DNA of 42,010 nt from Candidatus Hermodarchaeota archaeon (GCA_048885525.1 JBHLLP010000031.1:1-42010); one strand, 5' to 3'; counted from the first letter of the stretch, positions 1 to 8,874 are shown. Notes: generated by a model not told the origin, from the letters alone. Made by a program: numbers and translations.

Positions 1-1598
1 AGGCAAATTTTCTTCTCTTTATGAATTGCTATTTTCTCTTCTCGAATGTGAGAAGTTAGACTAAGACGTTTCTTAATTATTCCTTCAATTTGATCATCTA
101 AACGAGCTAAACCCAGACGCTCATTCATAGGAGCTTCTCTCCTCTTTAAATCTTTCCATAAATCTAATTTTTTGATTAACTCATCGTTTTCATAATTAAT
201 CTTCATCGTTAACTGGTTAAGACCATACCTTTGAGCTATTTGTTGAGCTTGAGTTAAAAATCGTTGAGCTTTTTTTAAATCTAATTCCAATAAAGTTATT
301 TTTGCTTGTAATAAGTAAGTTTCACATAATATCCAGGAGGAGTTTGATTTTTCGGCAACTTCTATTAATCGAGTGATTACAGGTTTAATCTCTTCCAATA
401 TTTCTGGTTCATTTGTTACTCGTAATTCAGTGAAGAATAAATCACAGAGCTGAATTAGAGTATATACTTCGTTATCAATAGGTAGGTTCTCTTCCTCGAG
501 GATTTGTTTTAGGATCTCTTCTGCTTCAATTTTATTTCTGAATCTATGGCTAGCTTTCAATAACAAGGCATTATTAAAAAGACAGGATAAATTCGAAACT
601 CTATTGTTAATTTGTTTATTGAGGTGTTCTAAGCGTTGAAAGTATTTTTGTGCTTGCTCAAGATCACCTTTAGCAATATATAGTTGAAAATACATCGAGA
701 GTAGAGAGAACTTATCCAAGTGACCCCCAAATTCTTCGCATATTGCCAAACTCTGTTCTAAGTAATCAAAAACTAGACCAAATTCACCTTTTTCAATATA
801 GATATTCCCAATATCCATAAGAGTATGCATTATCAAACTATTATTGTTAATTTCTCGAGCAACTTCTAATCCATTTTGGAAATATTCAATCGCATGATCC
901 AATTCGCCTTTTAAATAATATGAATAACCTAATGCATTTAATATCATTATAATTGGCCACTTATTCCCGCTTTCGTTGGCAAAGGTTAATCCTTGTTTAA
1001 GATATTCAATAGCACGATCTAATTCACCTTTATATCCAGATAGAACACTACCAACACCAAAGAAACCCATAGCAATTTCAACCTTACTACCAAATTGTTT
1101 TCGCAATAACAGGTTTTCTTCTAGAAACTTCAATCCTCTATTAATATCTTTATATGACCAAACATAATAATATCCTTTATTTTGAGCAATTAACGCTTTC
1201 ACCATATTATATCTTGGTGAATTATCTTTAGGGTATGTTTTCAGAAGATTTTCTGCTTGTTGTACCAGTTTAATTCCTTTATTTGGTTCTCTTAAAATGA
1301 TTTTTGAAAGAGCCATAATATTTAAAGCATCAATAGTGCTCAAATCTTTTTCTAATCCTAAACTATCTTTATAAGCTAACTTTGCTATTTTATAACAATC
1401 ACTGTACTTCCCTTGCCACATTAGAACTCGACATTGAAGGCGATAACATGAAATTCTGTGATAAAGTGGAACTCTCTCATTTTGCCCGACTTCTTTAAGA
1501 ATTTGAAAAGCTTCAGCAAACTTACTCTCCTTGATAAGATGCTCAGCATGTTCTAATTCTTTTGGTTTTTCATTTTCGGTTAATTTTTCGCTATTCAT
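1..1598 (-). CDS. Tetratricopeptide-repeat protein, C-terminus truncated by the window edge (not in the ORF track)
   Basis: Frame open from ATG at 1598 (MNSEKLTENEKPKELEHAEHLIKE...) to base 1. TPR-like repeats such as LNALGYSYYLKGELDHAIEYFQNGLEVARE and LMDIGNIYIEKGEFGLVFDYLEQSLAICEELG. Ends ...HKEKKICL at the edge. Confidence 0.9.
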   Translation of the reverse strand, partial: MNSEKLTENEKPKELEHAEHLIKESKFAEAFQILKEVGQNERVPLYHRISCYRLQCRVLMWQGKYSDCYKIAKLAYKDSLGLEKDLSTIDALNIMALSKIILREPNKGIKLVQQAENLLKTYPKDNSPRYNMVKALIAQNKGYYYVWSYKDINRGLKFLEENLLLRKQFGSKVEIAMGFFGVGSVLSGYKGELDRAIEYLKQGLTFANESGNKWPIIMILNALGYSYYLKGELDHAIEYFQNGLEVAREINNNSLIMHTLMDIGNIYIEKGEFGLVFDYLEQSLAICEEFGGHLDKFSLLSMYFQLYIAKGDLEQAQKYFQRLEHLNKQINNRVSNLSCLFNNALLLKASHRFRNKIEAEEILKQILEEENLPIDNEVYTLIQLCDLFFTELRVTNEPEILEEIKPVITRLIEVAEKSNSSWILCETYLLQAKITLLELDLKKAQRFLTQAQQIAQRYGLNQLTMKINYENDELIKKLDLWKDLKRREAPMNERLGLARLDDQIEGIIKKRLSLTSHIREEKIAIHKEKKIC

Positions 1599-1711
1599 GA
1601 TAATATCGAGTCTTTTTAGATTTTTCTAGGATTTCTTTTGAGTTTTAAGCTTTTCTTTTAGAATAATAATCCTCAATGAATTTATATCAAGTGATCCTTA
1701 ATAACAATTTT

Positions 1712-1962
1712 TCATGAATCCTTTTTCTTCATTCTTTTTATTAATATGTAAATCCCAGCAATAATTCCCATTAGGCAAAAAGCGATAAGTAAAGGTAGAA
1801 CAAAAACGCCTATCTAGCCAGTTACTATATCTCTTTCTCCTGTATCTGTGTCTATTGCATTATTCAATAAATTTGGATAACATCTTGAAAAAATACAAAC
1901 CAAACAATATAAGTTCCAACAATGACTACGAAAAAGAATAGATTAGATTTGGAAATTTTCAT
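1712..1962 (-). pseudogene. Degraded small two-TM membrane protein
   Basis: MKISKSNLFFFVVIVGTYIVWFVFFQDVIQIY* (stop 1864-1866) continues in another frame as NNAIDTDTGERDIVTG*IGVFVLPLLIAFCLMGIIAGIYILIKRMKKKDS*. That is one frameshift plus an internal TAG at 1814-1816. Confidence 0.5.
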
Positions 1963-2267
1963 TTATTTCACTCAAGAAATTAACGATAACTAAATGGTTC
2001 AAAATTATCGATATTATTTAACAATTATGTAGAATGTATAGGATCGATTATTTTGAAGAATACTTTACATTATAAATTTTCATTCTACATTTTCATGTAT
2101 TTAAAATTCTTATTTTTGTGATTAAGATTATTTTCTAAACATAAACCATGATATGAAAAAAGAAGTTTATGTCAAAATTAAATGAATTAAAAAATTCTCT
2201 TTGAAAATTGTTAAATATTTAGTCATTATCTTTATTAGTAATTTACAAAAATGTATAAAGCAAGAAT

Positions 2268-2567
2268 GTGATTCTTTTGAAAGAGAAAGTTATAGCATGG
2301 ACATTATTGATTGTTGGATTTTATATATTTTTTGGAAATACTATTTTATCAATTCTATTCTATGATGTCAAAATACCTTGTATGCCTACTCCTAATGGTG
2401 TCTATTGTGTTCCATTAGAGCAACTAAATATTTTTGAGATGTGGTTCAACGAAATTGGCGGGTATACAATTGCAATTGCAATTCTAGGTCTTGTTTTTAT
2501 CATCCTTGGATGTTATTATTTTGTAATAAAGAATGAATTAGAAAGTACTGAAGATATAGTAGTATAA
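2268..2567 (+). CDS. Small two-TM membrane protein, hypothetical
   Basis: Two hydrophobic helices flanking a loop containing CMPTPNGVYC. Confidence 0.65.
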   Translation: MILLKEKVIAWTLLIVGFYIFFGNTILSILFYDVKIPCMPTPNGVYCVPLEQLNIFEMWFNEIGGYTIAIAILGLVFIILGCYYFVIKNELESTEDIVV

Positions 2568-2581
2568 TTCTTGATGAACAA

Positions 2582-2701
2582 TTATATTAAATATCTTTTC
2601 TGTAATTTTAAATATTGATTATAATCCAAGAACTCGTTTTCGACATAATCATAAGCAATTTCAAATAATTGCCTAAAGAGTTCTCCAGGAAAAGCTTTTT
2701 T
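2582..2701 (-). pseudogene. Relic copy of the 3' end of the 3429..4079 gene
   Basis: Translates KAFPGELFRQLFEIAYDYVENEFLDYNQYLKLQKRYLI* versus KAFPEELFRQLFEIAFEYVEEEFLDYKEYVRLQKKVFI* in the intact gene (27/38 identical, counted by eye). No start codon. Confidence 0.85.
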
Positions 2702-2842
2702 GCTATACTATTGTTTAATTTTAACTTACTTAAGTAAATAAAAACTACAAAAATGTTAAATAATAGTAGATAATCATGAATTAGGACGACTGAATTTATC
2801 CAAAAATGTACCTTAAATAAGATTTATAAAGTGATATAAAGA

Positions 2843-3382
2843 ATGAGCGAATTAAAAATAAATGAAAAAGAAAAAATTCCAAAGAAATGGCAAGACAAGG
2901 TAGATATTACTTACGAAGATTATTTTCGGGCACCATTTTACATACCACATAATGGAGCTGTGGAATTAGCGAGATAGTTAGAGCGGATAATGGGAAAGGA
3001 GAAAGCACACGAAACTGTGGAAAAGGTATATGAGAGAATAGCTACTGATGGAGCAAAAAAAAAGGTTGAGGAAAAGCCGATTAATAATTTTGAAGAATAT
3101 AAAACTACTTTTAAAGAAATCATAAAGATGCCAATAAACTCACATGCAACAAATGTAAGTATTGTAGAGGAAACATCTAAAAAATTATCAGCAACCATTA
3201 CAGAATGTTTATTTGCAAAAACATTTAAAGAAATGAATGCGACGGATTTAGGTTATATTATGTGTTGTAAACCAGATTTTGCTATGGCTAAAATTTCCAA
3301 TCCCAAGCTTGAATTGACTCGTACGAAAACTTTGATGCGAGGAGATGAATGTTGTAATCCTACTTAAACATGGAAAGAATAA
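2843..3382 (+). pseudogene. L-2-amino-thiazoline-4-carboxylic acid (ATC) hydrolase family pseudogene
   Basis: ATG at 2843 (MSELKINEKEKIPKKWQD...), in-frame TAG at 2975-2977 and TAA at 3365-3367 (CCNPT*TWKE*). Family motifs TECLFAKTF, LGYIMCCKPD and LTRTKTLMRGDECC are present. The track ORF 2990..3367 is the middle piece. Confidence 0.75.
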
Positions 3383-3428
3383 GAACCAGATTAAATAGGA
3401 AAAACTAGGAGATTTTGTAGTGATATCT

Positions 3429-4079
3429 TTAAATAAAAACTTTTTTTTGTAATCTCACATACTCCTTATAATCCAAAAACTCCTCTTCAACATATTCGAA
3501 AGCAATTTCAAATAGTTGCCTAAAGAGCTCCTCAGGAAAAGCTTTTTGTTCAAAAATAGCTTCATTAACCAATTCTTCGGTTATAATTTGAGAATTAATC
3601 GGCTGATTATATACCAAAAAAGTCATCATTGCCTTATCCACTTTAGATTTAATGAGATTTTTTATGAATTTTAAACTAATATCTCGTTTTGGGTCAATAA
3701 AATAAGGAAAATTCATATCATCTAAGATTTTGATATAGTTTAAGGTATTCGCTATTTTTTCCACACAATAATCTAAAGAGCTTTCTGGAAGTCCGAATTT
3801 TTGACAAAAATCTTTTTTAGTCTCATGAGCAGGAAATGCAAACGGATGCCTTGAGATTATATAATAGGCTGCAATAAAAAATTTATACAAGTTATGCGGT
3901 ATTTTTCCATTATTTCTTAGATATTTATATACTACTGAAACTGTATCTAGTAGAAATTCCTCTTTAATATCAAATTGCTGCAAAAAATCTTGACCATCTT
4001 TTATTAAATCAATAGTAATGCGTTCTTTAGTGTTGATTACTTCACAATCAAGGGTATAAAGTTCTAACATTTTACACAC
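3429..4079 (-). CDS. Hypothetical protein with a possible single TFIIB/cyclin-like helical repeat
   Basis: IPHNLYKFFIAAYYIISRHPFAFPAHETKKDFCQKFGLPESSLDYCVEKIANTL resembles the TFB repeat pattern (..AAAxYIAxR....RTxKEIA...xVSE.TI...YKEL...L). There is no N-terminal Zn ribbon. The CDS is solid; the fold call is tentative. Confidence 0.6.
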   Translation of the reverse strand: MCKMLELYTLDCEVINTKERITIDLIKDGQDFLQQFDIKEEFLLDTVSVVYKYLRNNGKIPHNLYKFFIAAYYIISRHPFAFPAHETKKDFCQKFGLPESSLDYCVEKIANTLNYIKILDDMNFPYFIDPKRDISLKFIKNLIKSKVDKAMMTFLVYNQPINSQIITEELVNEAIFEQKAFPEELFRQLFEIAFEYVEEEFLDYKEYVRLQKKVFI

Positions 4080-4140
4080 ATGACCTTGTAATATTCATAT
4101 AGCATTTGAATAATATATGAATATTATATGATCCTCTTCA

Positions 4141-4202
4141 TTTATAAATCTATGCATCTTCAGTGATGCATTGAATGATCACCAAAGACGAATATTTAAA
4201 TA
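4141..4202. promoter_or_regulatory. Divergent promoter region with an inverted-repeat operator candidate
   Basis: TATA-like TTTATAAA at 4141-4148 and TTTAAATA near 4195-4202 flank a perfect inverted repeat ATGCATC-N6-GATGCAT (4152-4171). ATGATC also recurs near 4128, 4175 and 4214. Confidence 0.45.
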
Positions 4203-4257
4203 TAGGAAAAAAAATGATCATTATAAGCAAAAAAATTTTGTCGGGATTTAATTAAAA

Positions 4258-4683
4258 ATGCCATCAGAACCTAAAAAATCATCAGAACTATCTAGAATTA
4301 CATTCAGTTTAGATGCTTTCGATGAGAGAGTAATAACTATGATGGCAAAAAAAAGAAAGCAATCTCGCTCAGAAACAGTTCGAAATCTTATACACAACTG
4401 GATTGAAAGTAACCCAAATCTATTAAAAAGTAATTATGATATTGATTTAAATGATATAACAAGAGAAATCGAGATAACAGATTATGACCAAGTTATCCAA
4501 GATTCAATTCAGAAATTATTAAAGTATTCAGAATTGTTCAATGAAATAGAATTTGATATATTAGCAGAACAACTTGAAATTAGCAAAAAAATACTAAGAG
4601 ATATTATTTTTGAACATAAAAACAAATTAGAAAAATTTGGGATTAAACTAAGAATAAGAGGGAAGCTAATTGTAAAAGAATAG
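4258..4683 (+). CDS. Ribbon-helix-helix (CopG/MetJ-like) protein with a C-terminal HTH/wHTH-like segment
   Basis: RITFSLDAFDERVITMMAKKRKQSRSETVRNLIHNWIE fits the RHH beta-alpha-alpha pattern. IEFDILAEQLEISKKILRDII is HTH-like. Confidence 0.75.
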   Translation: MPSEPKKSSELSRITFSLDAFDERVITMMAKKRKQSRSETVRNLIHNWIESNPNLLKSNYDIDLNDITREIEITDYDQVIQDSIQKLLKYSELFNEIEFDILAEQLEISKKILRDIIFEHKNKLEKFGIKLRIRGKLIVKE

Positions 4684-4974
4684 GAAGGTGTTATACTAAC
4701 GAGTTCAAAAAAATTAGAAAAAACAAATCCAGAAATAATAAAGAATTCTTATGAAAAGATCTCAGAAGAAAACATCGATATTTCACAGCTCGTTATTCCT
4801 TTCTCAAAACTCAATAGAAATTATAAAATTCCTGATGTTTATTCAGGAAGAGAGAAAATTCCGTTTAGAGAAAGAGATCCTGAGTATAAAAAGATATTAA
4901 GGCAAGAGTTTGTCAATAATTTCAATGCTGAATTTAAAATTTTTAAATCAGTTGTAAAATTTCCTTCTTTTTAA
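4684..4974 (+). CDS. Unannotated 96-codon open frame encoding a 'YSG' small-domain paralog; no ATG/GTG/TTG
   Basis: EGVILTSSKKLEKTNPEIIKNSYEKISEENIDISQLVIPFSKLNRNYKIPDVYSGREKIPFRERDPEYKKILRQEFVNNFNAEFKIFKSVVKFPSF*. It aligns without gaps to 10338..10559 and is in frame with the upstream TAG. SD-like GGAAGGTG at 4683-4690. Confidence 0.7.
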   Translation, partial: EGVILTSSKKLEKTNPEIIKNSYEKISEENIDISQLVIPFSKLNRNYKIPDVYSGREKIPFRERDPEYKKILRQEFVNNFNAEFKIFKSVVKFPSF

Positions 4975-5201
4975 TATCTGCCCTTCTTTTTAACTATTCT
5001 TTAAAGTAATTGAGGTAATATTCTTAAAGTAAGTGTTAAATTGTTAATTGTATATTTTTTTTATAAAATTCTATACTATTTTAACAAGAAAAAAAATAAT
5101 CTAATCTAATTTAGAATTATAATCAAATTTCAATTGAAGATAAAACAGAAGCAGAAAGAAAACCTCAGGAAAAGAAATGGAGAAAAGCAAAGAAGGTATC
5201 T

Positions 5202-5363
5202 ATGGTGTTTGATTTATGTTCGATAATTTTCTTATTGCTTATAATGATATTATTTTCTATAGTCTATTGGTGGATAACTATTATAACTTTGTTTATGGTC
5301 GGTATTATTATGTGCATCATAATAATAAGAAACAAGAAGAAGAAGAGAGAATTGAATAAATAA
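5202..5363 (+). CDS. Small two-TM membrane protein (53 aa, not in the track; frame open from 5115)
   Basis: MVFDLCSIIFLLLIMILFSIVYWWITIITLFMVGIIMCIIIIRNKKKKRELNK*: a hydrophobic hairpin with a basic tail. Confidence 0.55.
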   Translation: MVFDLCSIIFLLLIMILFSIVYWWITIITLFMVGIIMCIIIIRNKKKKRELNK

Positions 5364-5887
5364 TTAAGTAAGAGTCGTCTCTTAAAAAAAAACAAATTCA
5401 GAAACAGATCATATTTTGGTATATTTAAATCAAATAAAGATTGAGCACAATGAATGCAATATAAGACCTTATATTTAACATTCAAAATTGCTATAGTATT
5501 ATCAAAATATTTTGTACTTACTTTTTAACTTTGATTTGATGTCAATTATCATCCACCTAAGGTAAATGAGAATTTTTCTTATATAAATATTTTGAACTTT
5601 AAATCTCTGAGATATAACAATAAAAATCTAATTTAAATCTAAATTAAATATTAAGAGATTTGAAGTGCATATAAAGAAATGAATAAAATTCAGTTATTGA
5701 TATCCTTTTCTATTCGCGATTAATTACCAACAAGATCGCAATATCTTTCAAGAAATAATTATTGATAAATAAGTGTAATTCGTGGCTTATAAAAACATGA
5801 TAAATACTTACATAAGTGTTAAATATTCAATTAATACATATTTCAATAACTAAATTTAAATTCCCAAACTTACAAAAGTGTAGAAAA

Positions 5888-6385
5888 ATGAAAAAGAAAA
5901 TAATGACAAAAATAAATATATTGATACTTATTGCTTTATTTTTATATTTCTCTTCAATTACACCTCAAACTGTAGCAATAGGTGAAAGCATAACAATTAC
6001 GAGTTATGGATGTAGTTCTTGTAGTATGGAAGAAAATAGTTATTCTGTAGATTGGAATTATAGTGGCAATATATCCAGTGTATCAATCTATTTGTATGAT
6101 GTAACAATGACAACTATAAAATATACTGTTATAGAAAATACTCCAAATCTTGGTACATATGAATGGAGTATGCCTGTGTCTCATACTCTCGATGGAAACC
6201 ATTCTCTAGTGGTTTGCGATTACAATAATAATAGTATAAAAGATTCTGTTTTTATGAATGTATATCCAATACAAACATTTACTCCACCTATACCTGGATA
6301 TCCTATGTTATTAGTCACTTGTATAATTTTAATAACAACTGTGATAACCATAGCAACTTTAAGTAAAAAATTAAGAAAGAGATAA
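5888..6385 (+). CDS. Secreted Ser/Thr-rich beta-sandwich surface protein with an IPGY-TM-basic (Loki-CTERM-like) anchor
   Basis: Signal peptide from ATG 5888 (MKKKIMTKINILILIALFLYF). YSVDWNYSGNISSVSIYLY...NTPNLGTYEWSMP resembles the Kre9/Knh1-like Ser-Thr-rich domain. C-terminus IPGYPMLLVTCIILITTVITIATLSKKLRKR. Confidence 0.75.
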   Translation: MKKKIMTKINILILIALFLYFSSITPQTVAIGESITITSYGCSSCSMEENSYSVDWNYSGNISSVSIYLYDVTMTTIKYTVIENTPNLGTYEWSMPVSHTLDGNHSLVVCDYNNNSIKDSVFMNVYPIQTFTPPIPGYPMLLVTCIILITTVITIATLSKKLRKR

Positions 6386-6470
6386 TTAATTTTAACTAAT
6401 GTTTTTTTTATTTTTGTTTTGATACACAAAAATCAATATTCAAAATTTTATTTCGTTTCGAAAGTGAATA

Positions 6471-6851
6471 TTAAAAACTCTTTTTAAGTGGTTTCATCAA
6501 GAATTTATTCTTCTGTTTAGTCCATTTTAATTTCTCCTGACCGAAGATTGTTAAGATGGTTACCATGGCAATATCCAAAAGAATCATAAAATTTATACTT
6601 CCAAGATGGGTTATTCTGTAAAGGAATAAAGCATATGTTATATTTATTGAAGTGTGAAAAAGCATTGTTATTAAGATGCTACCGTAGGTATTATTATGGA
6701 GCCATGTGAAAATGATCAATAAAGCTAGTATGGAAATTGTAAAACTATAAAAAGATTGATTAGTATAAGTAGTGTTCCTTATAAAGAACAATGGATAATG
6801 ATAGATACTCCAAATACCTCCAAGAATAAGGCCAGATTCAAAAGCACTCAA
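6471..6851 (-). CDS. Truncated CPBP (CAAX protease/Abi) paralog: C-terminal half only, possible pseudogene
   Basis: About two-thirds identical (by eye) to the C-terminal ~128 aa of 6900..7763. Lacks the EExxxR motif. Confidence 0.7.
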   Translation of the reverse strand: MSAFESGLILGGIWSIYHYPLFFIRNTTYTNQSFYSFTISILALLIIFTWLHNNTYGSILITMLFHTSINITYALFLYRITHLGSINFMILLDIAMVTILTIFGQEKLKWTKQKNKFLMKPLKKSF

Positions 6852-6899
6852 TTTATATATACCTTAAAAAGTTTAAAACAAATCTAAAATTTTTGAAAA

Positions 6900-7763
6900 C
6901 TAAATTTTATGTTTATGTTTAAAGATATTCATGTAGAAGTCTCTTTTTTCCTTAGTTAATTGTAATTTCTCTTGTCCAAAAATTACTAGAATAGCAACCA
7001 TCACTATGTCTAAGAGAATTATAAAACTTAAACTTCCTATGGGCGTAATATTTTGTAGAAATAATACATACGTAGTATTGATTGAAGTATGAAATAGCAT
7101 TGCTGCCAAGATACTTCCATTTGTATTATTATGCAACCACGTGAAAATGATTGATAAACTAAGTAATGAAATTGTAAAGTTAAAAAAAGATTGATTTGCA
7201 TAGATTGAGTCTGTTATAAAAAATAGGGGATAATGCCAAATACTCCAAATTCCTCCAAGAATTAAACTTGATTCAAAAGCATTCATTTTGGATTGAAGAG
7301 AATTAAGTGCATATCCCCTCCATCCAAATTCTTCTTGGAAAGGTCCACCAAAAAAAAACATAACCAAGATTTCTGAAAAAAGTTGTCCATAACGATAATA
7401 ATTTACGTAATTATTCAAACTCATCCCATCAATAATACTTGCTAATATTAATGAAACGAAACATAATAATGGGATTAAAGTGAAAGATATTACCAAAAAT
7501 GGTTTATTTTCGCAGCGCCACCCCCTTCTCCATAGTACTTTAACACCCTCAGATCCTCCATCAATAAATGTAAGAATAAATCCAGCTATAAATGGTCCAA
7601 AAGATCCAATAAACATTAAAAAATTATACAAAGGTATATGTTCAAAAAGTCCAAATGAGGAAAGAACACTAGGAAGCCATAATAACCATGAGAATGAAAA
7701 TGTTATTAAAACATATCGGAATGTACTCCTTTCTAACAGATCCAAATAGTTATTATCACTCAT
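6900..7763 (-). CDS. CPBP family intramembrane glutamic endopeptidase (CAAX protease/Abi)
   Basis: GGPFQEEFGWRGYA, IWSIWHYPLFF and AMLFHTSIN motifs; multi-TM. Confidence 0.9.
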   Translation of the reverse strand: MSDNNYLDLLERSTFRYVLITFSFSWLLWLPSVLSSFGLFEHIPLYNFLMFIGSFGPFIAGFILTFIDGGSEGVKVLWRRGWRCENKPFLVISFTLIPLLCFVSLILASIIDGMSLNNYVNYYRYGQLFSEILVMFFFGGPFQEEFGWRGYALNSLQSKMNAFESSLILGGIWSIWHYPLFFITDSIYANQSFFNFTISLLSLSIIFTWLHNNTNGSILAAMLFHTSINTTYVLFLQNITPIGSLSFIILLDIVMVAILVIFGQEKLQLTKEKRDFYMNIFKHKHKI

Positions 7764-8188
7764 AATAAGTTCAGTTTTTCTTTACCGTAGTGTTTAACCT
7801 TTAATACTTATAATAAAGACGCTTAAATAATTTATTATCAAAAAAAAATTGAGTCTCAATAATACGATATTTTGAAAAATTCAGATAGAATTTTCATAGC
7901 TTATCCATTTCTATATTTGAGTAGTGACAAAATTCTTCAAATTATTCATAAAGGTATTAAAACTATGATTTTTCAATTAAGATTACAAATTATATTCTTT
8001 TTTTTATATTTTTTTAAAGTTCGCCATGTATTCTAACTTCGAGTGAAGTTCAATACTTTAAACTATAAATTATCAAATTTCATTACATTAATTAATTTAA
8101 GGCAAATTAAGCTCAGTTTTAATATCAACCTTAAAAGAATAAAATAGCTATTTGTAAAATTCAAAAGTTTCTAAATAGGAGAAAAAGA

Positions 8189-8497
8189 ATGTCAAAAATA
8201 AAAATTACAGTTATTAAACGATTTAGCCCAGAAGATGTTTTCGGACATGAATATAAAACTCCAAATGGTAATATAGTAGATAAATGCTCGCTTAAAGAAG
8301 GACAAGAATGGATAAGCGAGAATGGAGCAATGCCAGAAGATTTTTGTAGTTGGGCGTGGATAGATATCGCTCGTAGTATGCAAGTTTTACGTTTTGGTGG
8401 TACATTCAAAGATTGGGCAGAGGAAGGCATAATGTATAATGCCTGTTCTGATGGAGTAAGACCCGTTTGTTTCAAATTAGAACGAATTGAGGAATAA
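8189..8497 (+). CDS. TIGR04076-like small Cys-containing protein
   Basis: KIKITVIK...C..KEGQEW....MPEDFCSWAW...ACSDGVRPVCFKLERI. Confidence 0.8.
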   Translation: MSKIKITVIKRFSPEDVFGHEYKTPNGNIVDKCSLKEGQEWISENGAMPEDFCSWAWIDIARSMQVLRFGGTFKDWAEEGIMYNACSDGVRPVCFKLERIEE

Positions 8498-8568
8498 AGT
8501 TGGCTATTGTTAAAAGTTAAGATTACTGAAATGAGTAGAAATTCAAAAAAAAATTAGGAGGTAGTAAA

Positions 8569-8874
8569 TTGTATAATGTAAAACTTACTGTTATAAAGCA
8601 ATTTAGTCCGGAAGATGTGCTTGGACATGAATTTATTAAACCCGATGGAAATCCAATTACAAAATGTGGCATGAAGGAAGGTCTTGAATTCGTAGTTGAC
8701 GAATCAGGAAATATGCCTGAAGGATTTTGCCACCATGCTTGGTTTGGATTATATAATAGTATTCAAGTTTTAAGATGGGGAGGGGGATTCCCCGATTGGA
8801 CGGGAGAAAAAATGATATACACTGCCTGTCCTGATGGTCTCCGCCCAGTATGTTTTAAAGTTGAGAGAATTTGA
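8569..8874 (+). CDS. TIGR04076-like small Cys-containing protein (tandem paralog)
   Basis: MPEGFCHHAW...ACPDGLRPVCFKVERI. SD AGGAGGT precedes the TTG start. Confidence 0.8.
   Translation: MYNVKLTVIKQFSPEDVLGHEFIKPDGNPITKCGMKEGLEFVVDESGNMPEGFCHHAWFGLYNSIQVLRWGGGFPDWTGEKMIYTACPDGLRPVCFKVERI

Noticed and set aside
5264-5560. Minus-strand 73-aa ORF with YCIHCA and an upstream AGGTGG; possibly a decayed zinc-finger microprotein
   Set aside because: Only one CxxC, an in-frame stop upstream, and overlap with the more plausible 5202..5363 gene; too weak to call.
2582-7763. Diversity-generating retroelement template/variable repeat pairs (2582 versus 3429; 6471 versus 6900)
   Set aside because: In the 2582/3429 pair the differences include many non-adenine and synonymous changes; the CPBP pair looks like ordinary paralog divergence; no reverse transcriptase is in the window.
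8189-8874. Selenoprotein potential of the Cys-motif redox-like genes
   Set aside because: All motif positions are Cys codons; I saw no in-frame TGA with a convincing continuation and no SECIS.
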